From contig JAQTNF010000007.1 of assembly GCA_028713995.1 (NCBI GenBank), positions 1,740-65,739 of the forward strand: DNA of 64,000 nucleotides, in the 5' to 3' direction. Under the pieces are notes generated by a model. The model saw only the letters and a list, made by a program, of their open reading frames with translations. It was not told where the DNA came from and searched no databases. A program made the position numbers and the translations under genes. Origin of the DNA: Deltaproteobacteria bacterium. GTDB taxonomy: Bacteria > Myxococcota_A > Polyangia > JAAYKL01. How positions within the stretch are numbered: position 1 is the stretch's first letter; every line of letters begins with the position of its first letter. This document shows positions 28,150-37,000 of this stretch, in pieces.

Positions 28150-28693
28150 GCGGTGCCTCCTCAAGGATCCTGCGGATGCGGGCGCGCATGCGGCTCGGCT
28201 CGCCCGGCCCCACAACGGCTCCGGCCAGGCAGGCCATGCGGGCAAGCGCATCCCCGTCGCTCGCGGCAATCCGCTCGGCCACGGCTGCCGCCGCGTCCGG
28301 GCTGCGAGAGAGGGCCACGGCCAGCGCGGCCAGGGCCTTGCGCCGCGCGGACGGAGCATGGTCAGTGGGCGACAGGGCGGCCGCCACGTCTGACCGATCG
28401 AGCGCCTCGCCGAGCCTTTCGAGCGCATCCGGATTCTCCCACGCCCGGGCGGCGAAGGACGGTGCCGCCGTGGCGGCCTGCGGGCCCATGGCCGCGCGCA
28501 CGGCCCGCGTGAGGCTTTCGGGATCCGGTCCGGCCTCGATCACGGCCAGCACCTCCTCGACCGCAGCTGCGGTCTCGGCCGGGAGCACGTGCCAAGGCCC
28601 CTCACCCGCCCTGCGTCCCCGCGCGTGCGCCAGCGCGGCCAGACCCAGGATCCGCCCTCCGCGACGCAGCAGCCTCGCCTCGCCCGTGCTCAT
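28121..28693 (-). CDS. Ala/Arg-rich hypothetical protein (helical repeat-like)
   Basis: Sits upstream in the same operon. Start placed at MSTGEARLL after a GGGAGG RBS. No recognisable domain. Confidence 0.35.
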   Translation of the reverse strand: MSTGEARLLRRGGRILGLAALAHARGRRAGEGPWHVLPAETAAAVEEVLAVIEAGPDPESLTRAVRAAMGPQAATAAPSFAARAWENPDALERLGEALDRSDVAAALSPTDHAPSARRKALAALAVALSRSPDAAAAVAERIAASDGDALARMACLAGAVVGPGEPSRMRARIRRILEEAPHGPGDQENP

Positions 28694-28773
28694 CGCCATC
28701 GCCTCCCGGCACATCGGCTTCGGCTGCCATATCACGACCACGCTCCGGCAGGAACCCGCCATGACCGTGGATC

Positions 28774-28793
28774 GTAATCGAAAATTCGATTAC
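28774..28793. promoter_or_regulatory. Perfect inverted repeat GTAATCGAA-AA-TTCGATTAC in a divergent intergenic region (candidate operator)
   Basis: 9-bp arms and a 2-bp spacer. AT-rich in a GC-rich genome. 44 bp upstream of the 28837 ATG and adjacent to the minus-strand operon start. Confidence 0.5.
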
Positions 28794-28836
28794 TATCTAA
28801 CTGTGTAGGGTCAAGCACCATGAAGGAGAAACGCTG

Positions 28837-30150
28837 ATGCATAAGATAGACGGGATACTGTGGCTCGGAGCGTTCCTCGGCGTGCTCGTGCTCGCGGGCT
28901 GCGGGGACGAGAGCACCACGGGTGGCAACATCGGCGATGATACGAGCGGGGACTCGGACGCGGACACGGATGGTGACACGGACAGCGACGCGGACACGGA
29001 TGGTGACACGGACGGCGACACGGACACGGATGGTGACACGGACGGCGACAGCGACGCGGATTCCGATGCGGACACAGACACCGACACCGAGACGCAATGC
29101 GTGGACAACGACAACGACGGATGGTGCTCCAGCCTCGACTGCTCGGACACGGACTCCGCGGTCAACCCGGACGCCGACGAGATCCCGAACAACGGGATCG
29201 ACGAAGACTGCGACGGCGTGACAGACGAGGTCGACACCGGACCGATTGAGGACACCGACACCGAGACCGGGCCCATCGAGCAGGACTGCTCGGGGTGCGT
29301 GGGCGTGGGCAACACGCTCGACAACATGCTGTGCGCCATCGACCTGTGCGACTCGAGCACCGTGCTCGGCAACACCTACGCCTCGCCGACCGGCTCGAAC
29401 ACGACGGGAACCTATGCCGCGGTGGCCCGGTTCGGCGACGCCACCAACGATCTGGCGCCCAAGCTCAACGGATCGTACGCGCTCATGGCGAGCGGCACGG
29501 CCACGGGCACAATCCACACCATGCCCATGGGCGGCAACTCAAAGACCGATCCGTTTTCCAAGAACAAGTTCCAGGAGATCTACGACGTGATGGAGTGGAA
29601 GCTGCGGCTCAAGGCGCCCCCGGGCGCCGCCGGATTCAAGGTCAACTACGTGTTCTTCTCCGAGGAATACGACGAGTATGTGGGGTCGCAGTACAATGAT
29701 AAATTCTACATCTTCATCGAGGCGCCGAGCACCAACAACGGCAAGCGCACGGTGATCAACTTCACCAATTGCCGCAACCCGGCCAAGTACAAGGACTTCG
29801 TGTGCGACGGGGCCACGATGGACTACTGCGTGGACGGCCAGTACTACTGCTACATCGCCATCAACACGGCGCTCTCGGAGTGCTGCTGGTACGGCGGATG
29901 CCCCAAGGGCAAGTGGACCACGGACGTCGCCGGGACGGGCTATTCGTGCGCCGCGAACCAGATGATGGACAGCTCGAACACGGGATCGTCCACGGGCTGG
30001 CTCGCGACCGAGTGGGCCGTGCAGCCGGGCGAGGAGTTCAATCTCATCTTCCACGTCCACGACACGTCGGATGAGATCCTGGATTCCGAGGTCATCCTCG
30101 ACTCCTTCCAGTTCATGGGCAAGGTCACGCCCGGCACGCATCCGGATTGA
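28837..30150 (+). CDS. Secreted lipoprotein: poly-acidic DTD repeat linker, MopE-like putative metal-binding cysteine motif, C-terminal choice-of-anchor-L-like domain
   Basis: RBS AAGGAG. Lipobox VLAGC|GDE. About 60 aa of D-T/S/G/A-D repeats. DNDNDGWCSSLDCSDTD...EDCDGVTDE motif. The C-domain segment FKVNYVFFSEEYDEYVGSQYNDKFYIF resembles choice-of-anchor L. Confidence 0.7.
   Translation: MHKIDGILWLGAFLGVLVLAGCGDESTTGGNIGDDTSGDSDADTDGDTDSDADTDGDTDGDTDTDGDTDGDSDADSDADTDTDTETQCVDNDNDGWCSSLDCSDTDSAVNPDADEIPNNGIDEDCDGVTDEVDTGPIEDTDTETGPIEQDCSGCVGVGNTLDNMLCAIDLCDSSTVLGNTYASPTGSNTTGTYAAVARFGDATNDLAPKLNGSYALMASGTATGTIHTMPMGGNSKTDPFSKNKFQEIYDVMEWKLRLKAPPGAAGFKVNYVFFSEEYDEYVGSQYNDKFYIFIEAPSTNNGKRTVINFTNCRNPAKYKDFVCDGATMDYCVDGQYYCYIAINTALSECCWYGGCPKGKWTTDVAGTGYSCAANQMMDSSNTGSSTGWLATEWAVQPGEEFNLIFHVHDTSDEILDSEVILDSFQFMGKVTPGTHPD
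28945..29098. repeat. Tandem GAC-ACG-GAY(-GGY) codon repeat encoding a poly-acidic linker
   Basis: Unit gacacggatggtgacacggacggc is repeated. Confidence 0.8.
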
Positions 30151-30151
30151 C

Positions 30152-30937
30152 ATGACCGAGGCACGCAGAGCGCAAAGCGTCCACTGCGGCGACTGCGGAG
30201 GAGCGCTTGAGAAGGGGCGGCCCAACTGCCCGTACTGCGGCGCGCTCATCGATCTCGTCGATGCGCGGCTGACCGCCTACTGTGGCGAGTGCCTGGCCAT
30301 GTCGCCCGACGGCGCCATGTTCTGCTGCGAGTGCGGGCGAAAGCTCGGCGCACAGGACGCGGGCGTGGAGGAGACGGACTCCACGTGCCCGCGCTGCCAG
30401 GTGCGCCTGCGCAGGCGCGAGGTCGGGCGGCACCGCGCGTTCGAATGCGCCATGTGCTACGGGCTGTTCGTGGGCGTGGACGATCTCGAGCTCATCGTCC
30501 GCGAGCAGGAGGAGCGCGTCAGCGATCCCGGAGCCGCGGGCGGTCCGCAAAGGGCCACTCTCCCGGGCGATCCGGTCGCGTACCTCAAGTGTCCCGTGTG
30601 CGGGACGTCCATGAACCGGCTCAACTACGGCCGGTTCTCCGGCGTGATCATCGACTTCTGCCGCAGGCACGGCTACTGGCTCGACGCGGGCGAGCTCGAG
30701 AAGATCGCCAGGTTCGTGGCCACGGGCGGGCTCGCCAGGAAGTACGAGCGCGAGGTGGAGGAGCTCAAGATGGAGAAGGAGCGCCTCTCGAGCCTGCCCA
30801 CGTTCGGCGAAGCCCCGGGCGCCAAGTACGATCTGCGCGACGACTCGGTCTTCACCGGCCGCGGCCGCGGCATCGGCAGCTTCGGAGACGACATCACGCA
30901 GATCGTGGACATGATCTCGAGCCTGTTCCGGCGCTGA
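30152..30937 (+). CDS. Zinc-ribbon domain protein with C-terminal zf-TFIIB-like finger
   Basis: ATG 1 nt after the upstream stop. Four CxxC pairs (CGDCGG, CPYCGA, CGEC..CCECG, CPRC). C-terminal CPVCGTSM...IDFCRRHGYWLDAGELEKI matches the transcription-factor zinc-finger (PF13453-type). Confidence 0.65.
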   Translation: MTEARRAQSVHCGDCGGALEKGRPNCPYCGALIDLVDARLTAYCGECLAMSPDGAMFCCECGRKLGAQDAGVEETDSTCPRCQVRLRRREVGRHRAFECAMCYGLFVGVDDLELIVREQEERVSDPGAAGGPQRATLPGDPVAYLKCPVCGTSMNRLNYGRFSGVIIDFCRRHGYWLDAGELEKIARFVATGGLARKYEREVEELKMEKERLSSLPTFGEAPGAKYDLRDDSVFTGRGRGIGSFGDDITQIVDMISSLFRR

Positions 30938-30989
30938 GTCCTACGCCGGAAATTTCGGGCGACGCGCACGAGGGTGCTAACTTCGTGTC

Positions 30990-31751
30990 ATGGTGCGGAT
31001 TCCAAAGCGCAGATCCGCGCTCTTCACGGTCGCCGCGGCAACGGCGCTCGCGCTCGCATGCGGGTGCGGGGCGCCGGCCAAGAAGCACACGACGAGCCCG
31101 TCCGGCCACGCGGCCCACAGAGAGCCGGTGCGCGGCAAGGCGCCGTCCGCGAGCGAGGACACGCGCGCGGCCACGCTCGGCCGGCAGGGGGGCTGGGGCC
31201 TCACGTCGGACAAGGTGCGCGAGGTCTCGCCGCTCGTCGTGAGGGCCGCTCGGGAAAACCGTCTGCCCGAGGATCTCGTCTACGGCATCATCTGGGTGGA
31301 GTCGCGGTTCAATCCCAAGGCCGTCTCGCCGGTGGGCGCGCGCGGGCTCATGCAGCTCATGCCAAAGACGGCCGGTTATCTGGCGGGGCTCATCGACTGG
31401 CGCGGGACACACCAGGAGTTCGATCCGGAGTTCAACATCGCGGCGGGCAGCTACTACATCGCGAGGCTCATCGACGAGTTCAACGGCGACGTGGATCTCG
31501 CGCTTGCGGCCTACAACGCGGGTCCCACCAATGTGCGGCGCTGGATGCGGGGCACGGGCCTGCCGCCGGTCTCGGTCGAATACTTCACGATGGTGCAGAC
31601 CGCGCGGTCGTTCTTCAAGGGACGCACGCCGGACGGACGGCCCGGCGTGACCGACGGGGATCTCGACCGCCTGGGCCTCGCGATTCTGATCGCCGGCCTG
31701 TCGACAAAGGACGTGGGCCTCGACCGGCCCGACGATCCTCACCCGTTCTGA
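30990..31751 (+). CDS. Lytic transglycosylase (SLT domain) with signal peptide/lipoprotein-like N-terminus
   Basis: Catalytic ES motif IIWVESRFNPKAVSPVGARGLMQLMP. AYNAG motif. N-terminal KRR + hydrophobic + CGC. Confidence 0.8.
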   Translation: MVRIPKRRSALFTVAAATALALACGCGAPAKKHTTSPSGHAAHREPVRGKAPSASEDTRAATLGRQGGWGLTSDKVREVSPLVVRAARENRLPEDLVYGIIWVESRFNPKAVSPVGARGLMQLMPKTAGYLAGLIDWRGTHQEFDPEFNIAAGSYYIARLIDEFNGDVDLALAAYNAGPTNVRRWMRGTGLPPVSVEYFTMVQTARSFFKGRTPDGRPGVTDGDLDRLGLAILIAGLSTKDVGLDRPDDPHPF

Positions 31752-31776
31752 AGGTCCGAGCCGTTTCGCGGAAGGA

Positions 31777-32184
31777 TCATTCGCCGTCCGTGTCGGGGAG
31801 GCAGATGAGGCAGGGCCACATCTTGGCATAGACGCCGGTCTCGCAGCAGACACGGTTGCCGTTGCACATCATGTCGTCGTGCACGGTTCCCTTCTGCTGG
31901 TCGCAGGCGGGTTGCGACATGCACTCGAATTGGCACTCGGCGGGCCCGGTGTCGCTGTCGCCGTCGGAGTCCGAATCGCCGTCCGAGTCCGAGTCGCCGT
32001 CCGAGTCCGAATCACCGTCGGAGTCCGAACCGCTGTCGGCAGCTGTTTCCGTGCCGGTATCTGTCTCTTCCCCGGTGTCCGTTCCCCCGGCATCCGTGTT
32101 CAATGAGGGGGGGTTGCTGTTGCAAGCAACGATCAGGATTCCCAGAAAACTAACCAGAGCGCAAAAGAACATACCGTGCTTCAT
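31777..32184 (-). CDS. Small secreted lipoprotein with SDSDGD repeat linker and C-terminal Cys-rich knot
   Basis: RBS AAGGAG. Lipobox LIVAC|NS. (SDSDGD)x5. 10 Cys in the last 50 aa. Confidence 0.7.
   Translation of the reverse strand: MKHGMFFCALVSFLGILIVACNSNPPSLNTDAGGTDTGEETDTGTETAADSGSDSDGDSDSDGDSDSDGDSDSDGDSDTGPAECQFECMSQPACDQQKGTVHDDMMCNGNRVCCETGVYAKMWPCLICLPDTDGE
31951..32040. repeat. Tandem 18-nt repeat (gtcgccgtccgagtccga)n encoding (SDSDGD)n
   Basis: Five near-identical units. Confidence 0.8.
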
Positions 32185-32329
32185 GTCGGTGCTCCTTAAG
32201 CTTCGCCGCGGCCATGCATGCCGGACGACGACTCCGCTATCGGTTTTGGAGTGGTCCCATCCGCTTCGCTCGGCTCACGAAAATGCCGTTCGCGGCATGA
32301 CGAGGCGCGGGTGATGCCGCGGGACCGCC

Positions 32330-32521
32330 CTACTGTTGCCTGGGGGGCCCCGCGGTGGTTCCGGCCGAAGGGGGCTCCGATTCAAGAGTCGGCTTCCGGA
32401 CGTCCTCTTCAAGGGGGGCATTCTGCTGTTTTTGCGCCTTGCGTTGCTGCTTCTCGTCTCTCTTTCGCTGCTTCGCCATATCCTTCTGGCGTTTCTCAAA
32501 CTTGTAGTTGACCTTCGCCAT
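32330..32521 (-). CDS. Small highly basic Lys/Arg/Gln-rich protein (63 aa)
   Basis: RBS GAAGGGAAGG. MAKVNYKFEKRQKDMAKQRKRDEKQQRKAQKQQ. Divergent from the RRM protein gene. Confidence 0.4.
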   Translation of the reverse strand: MAKVNYKFEKRQKDMAKQRKRDEKQQRKAQKQQNAPLEEDVRKPTLESEPPSAGTTAGPPRQQ

Positions 32522-32734
32522 GCGCCTTCCCTTCTGTTCGGTTGTTCCACGCAGGAACGTATCACGGGGATGGAGCGGAAAGAAAAAACCCTTTCTTGTG
32601 GCTAATCTTCGCAAAGAGGTCTATTCTTTTCCAGAATTCGCCCGGGTGTTCCAGGCGGAACGAAGAACCGGCGCGATCCTTTCCGAGCATTCGCTGCGGT
32701 TCCACTCCACGCTCGGAAGAGGAAACGAAACACA

Positions 32735-33031
32735 ATGAAAATCTACGTCGGCAACATCCCATTCAGCATGGATGAAGGCGGGCTTCGCAAGCTCTTCGCG
32801 GAATTCGGCGAGGTCGACACGGTCAACGTGGTCACGGATCGCGAGAGCGGACGTCCTCGCGGATTCGCCTTCGTCGAGATGCAGGACGGGGATGCGCGCA
32901 AGGCCATCGGCGGGCTCAACGAGCGCGAGGTGGACGGTCGTCGGCTGAACGTGAACGAGGCCCGTCCCCGCGAAAATCGTGGTGGTGGTGGTGGCGGCGG
33001 CGGCGGCGGCGGCCGGCGCGGCGGTTGGTGA
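32735..33031 (+). CDS. RNA-binding protein, single RRM with glycine-rich tail
   Basis: RNP-2 IYVGNI and RNP-1 RGFAFVEM. C-terminal GGGGGGGGGGGRRGGW. Confidence 0.85.
   Translation: MKIYVGNIPFSMDEGGLRKLFAEFGEVDTVNVVTDRESGRPRGFAFVEMQDGDARKAIGGLNEREVDGRRLNVNEARPRENRGGGGGGGGGGGRRGGW
32978..33030. repeat. GGY trinucleotide microsatellite (ggtggt...ggcggc...) encoding the poly-Gly tail
   Basis: cgtggtggtggtggtggcggcggcggcggcggcggc. Confidence 0.8.
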
Positions 33032-33286
33032 GCCTCCCTTCACCCGCGGCGGAAGGAATCGGCATCGAAGCGAAGACGCCGGACGCACCGTCCCGCCACA
33101 AGCGGCCGGAGCCTCACCCGGCGCGTTCGGGAACGGTTCGATGCCTCGGTTGCGGCGGATCTTTCCTGTCGTGGGATCGCACTCGCAACCGCCTGTGCGC
33201 GTCCTGCGCGAAACGTAGATAAGAACGATATCCGATCGCCCGTTCGGCCTGTGGATCGGCCGGCATCGAAGTGTTATGGCAGGTCC

Positions 33287-33940
33287 ATGAGGCATTGGGT
33301 CGTGATCCTCGCGGCATCCGTCGCCCTGCATGGGCTTCTCTTTATCGCGCTCTTCCCGCCCGCGCCCCGGACCTCGAACGAAGCGCGGCCGCACGCCGAG
33401 GCCGAGCTCCTCATCGCCCCGAAAGCGACGCCAGGTCCGGCTTTGCCCGCGGCCGCCCCGCTTCGCGCGACATCGGCGAGACCGCGTCCGAAGCGCGTCA
33501 CGTCCGCGCAGTCGGCCATTTCGGAGATCGCAGTGGAGACCGGCCCGATCGCGGGCCCGACTCAGTCCGCTTCCAGGGCGATCGAGCTCGCAGGCGCCCT
33601 GGGCCCGGCAGTACCGGACTCATCCGCCGCGGTTTCCGATCCCGTGCCGCCCGCGGCCGTTCCTGCTCCCGACTACAGGCGCATCGCTTCCGACTGCTCG
33701 AGGCGCATCGAGAGCGTGCTGCGCTATCCGGCGCTCGCGAGGCGCGGCCGCATCGAGGGCACGGCCACGGTGCGCTTCCTGGTCGACGGGAGCGGGACCC
33801 CGCGGCGTCCCGACCTGGTGTCATCTTCGGGCCACCGCCTTCTCGACGAGGAGGCGCTCGCCGCGGTCGTGCGCGCCGCGCCTTTCCCCTCCTGCGACAG
33901 ACCCCTGGTCGTGCCCGTGGTGTTCGCGCTGAAACGGTAG
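33287..33940 (+). CDS. TonB-family energy transducer (C-terminal TonB domain)
   Basis: N-terminal TM (WVVILAASVALHGLLFIALF). Pro/Ala-rich spacer. C-terminal YPALARRGRIEGTATVRFLVDGSG TonB-C motif. Confidence 0.7.
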   Translation: MRHWVVILAASVALHGLLFIALFPPAPRTSNEARPHAEAELLIAPKATPGPALPAAAPLRATSARPRPKRVTSAQSAISEIAVETGPIAGPTQSASRAIELAGALGPAVPDSSAAVSDPVPPAAVPAPDYRRIASDCSRRIESVLRYPALARRGRIEGTATVRFLVDGSGTPRRPDLVSSSGHRLLDEEALAAVVRAAPFPSCDRPLVVPVVFALKR

Positions 33941-34052
33941 GCGCGCAAGGGTGCGTCCCTTTGCCCGAACCGGCCGAGAAAATCGTGGCGTATTCGGGCG
34001 CCGTGCGTAAGAATCGACTCGTAATGCCATGAGACACCGTTGGGAGGCGCCC

Positions 34053-37000
34053 ATGTGCCAGGTTCGCGTCATGCTCGGATTGTCCGGTCCGCTGCTTTCG
34101 CTCTCGCTCCTCGGCCTCGCCGGATGCGACCGCGGCCGTGACGGGCACGCGCCCCGCGCCTCGGCGCCCAAACCCGTGCCAGCGACGACCCGCCAGACGC
34201 CGAAGAACTCGAACCGGTGGCTCAACGACGTGCAGGAGCGCATCGCGAACGAGGAGTATCGCGTCGCGCGGCAGGACGATTGGAGCTTCGCCGCCGCGAA
34301 CCGGGCGCACAATCTGCGCGCGCGGTTCCGGGACGGCGCTGCGCGCATCGAGCCGCGCGAGAGCGTGGCCGGCCAGGGACACTGGGCTGCGACGCTCGCG
34401 GTGACCGGGTTCGGCCGCGAGGGCGCCGTGCTGGACGTGGATCGCGGCGAGGCGCGCTCCGGGGCGTGCGACGACAAGGCAGGGCCGGGCGCCACGGATG
34501 AGTGTTTGAAGCGGTTGGAGATCGTTCGGGACGGGCTCGTCGAGTGGTGGGGCAACTGGGTCGACGGGATGGAACAGGGGTTCGACGTGGCCGAGCGGCC
34601 CGAGGGCGTGGGCGAGCTCGCGATCCGCGTGGAGGTCGAGGGGCTCGAGGCCAAGCAGGACGGCCCGACCGGCGCGCTGCTGCGCCAGAACGGCGAGCTG
34701 CGCTTGGCTTACTCGGGCCTGTCTGCCAAGGACTCGGCCGGCAAGGCGCTGCCCGCGCGCATGGCCGTCGGGGCGGACTCGATCCTGTTCTTTGTCGACG
34801 ACGATGACGCAACATACCCCGTCGTCATCGATCCGCTCCTCACCTCGCCCGCCTGGACCGCGGAGAGCGACCAGGCAGGCGCCCAGTTCGGGTATTCGGT
34901 CGCGTCCGCGGGTGACGTGAACGGCGATGGGTTCAGCGATGTCATCATCGGGGCGCCATACTACGACGGCCTGACAGACGAGGGCGCAGCATTCGTGTTC
35001 CATGGATCATCATCTGGCCTTTCGACCTCGGCCAACTGGACCGTGAAGGGCGGACAGGCGAGTGCGCTTTTCGGCAACTCCGTCGCTTCGGCAGGAGATG
35101 TGAACGGCGACGGGTACGAAGACGTCATTGTTGGCGCTTATGCTTTTGACAACGGCCAGACCGACGAGGGCCGCGTCTTCGTCTACCACGGCTCGTCCAC
35201 CGGCCTCTCGACCACTCCAGCGTGGACCGCGGAGAGCGACCAGGCGAGCGCGGAATTCGGAATCTCGGTGTCGTCGGCCGGCGACGTGAATAGCGATGGA
35301 TATGCGGATGTCATCGTAGGCGCACACAAGTTCGCCAACGGCCAGGCCGCCGAAGGCCGAGCGTACGTGTATCACGGCTCGGCTTCCGGGCGGTCAGCGA
35401 CAGCCAACTGGACAGCGGAGGGTGATCAGATCGGCGCACACTTCGGCACCGCCGTCGCGTCGGCAGGAGACGTGAACGGCGACGGGTACACGGACGTCAT
35501 CATCGGCGCTCCTGACTATGACAAAGGAATCACGGATGAAGGCGCGGCATTCGTTTTCCACGGCTCGGCCTCGGGTCTTTCTTCCACATACTGGATCGCC
35601 GGAAGCATGCAGGCGAACTCCAACTACGGCGGCTCCGTCTCGTCCGCCGGAGATGCGAATGGCGACGGGTACGCGGATGTCATCGTCGGCGCTCGAAACT
35701 ACGACAACGGCCAGACCGACGAAGGCCGCGTCTTCTTCTACAAGGGTGGTCCGGACGGCCTCTCGCCGTCCGCGGATTGGACGAACGAGAGCAACCAGGC
35801 GAATTCCGGGTACGGGAAATCGGTCGCCGGGGCAGGGGATGTGAACGGAGACGGATACTCCGACTTCATCGTCAGCGCTCACCGATATGACAACGGCCAA
35901 ACGGACGAAGGTCGGGTTTTCGTGTACTACGGCTCCGCCAGCTCCTTCTCCTCCACCGGTGCCTGGACGGTGGAGAGCGACCAGGCGGAGGCGCTCTTGG
36001 GCAACTCGGTGTCTTCTGCCGGTGATGTCAACGGCGACGGCTACTACGACATCATCATCGGCTCATCCTACTACGACAACGGCCAGACCGACGAAGGCCG
36101 CGCCTACGTCTACTACGGTTCCGCCGCCGGCCTTGCGACGTCTTCCGGTTGGACCGCTGAGAGCAATCAGGCGAACGCGGTGTTCGGATATTCCGTCTCC
36201 TCGGCCGGTGACGTGAACGGCGACGGGTACGCCGACGTCATCGTCGGCGCCGACTATTACTCCAACGGCCAAACCGGTGAGGGGCGCGCCTACATCTATC
36301 ACGGCGCGGCGTCCGGTCTCTCCACCACCGCGGCCTGGAGCGACGAAGGCAACGAGGCCAACGCGCTCTTCGGAAAATCCGTATCCGCTGCCGGGGACGT
36401 GAATGGCGACGGCTACGGCGATGTCATCGTGGGTGCGCCTTCGTACGGCAACGGTCAATCCGGTGAAGGAAGAGCGTTCGTCTACCATGGATCGACCTCC
36501 GGTCTGTCGGCCACACCCGACTGGACAGCGGAGGGCGACCAAGTCAACGCATGGTTCGGCTTCTCCGTTGCCGCTGCAGGGGATGTGAATGGCGATGGGT
36601 ACGGCGATATCATCGTAGGCGCCAATCAATACGACAATGACCAAACCAACGAGGGCCGGGCGTTCGTGTTCCACGGTTCTGTTTCGGGACTATCGGCCGC
36701 TGCCGACTGGACCGCTGAGAGCGATCAGGCGGACGCGGAATTCGGTCGCTCCGTGGCGTCTGCCGGGGATGTGAACGGCGACGGCTACGGTGATGTCGTT
36801 GTAGGAGCACCCTACTACGACAACGGCCAGACCGACGAGGGCCGCGCATACGTCTATTATGGCTCCGCCACCGGGCTCGCGGCGACCGCGAACTGGATCA
36901 AGGAGAGCGATCAGCCGAACTACGCGTTGGGGTATTCCGTTTCCTCCGCCGGCGACGTGAACGGCGACGGATATGGGGATGTCATCGTCGGCGCCCCAAA

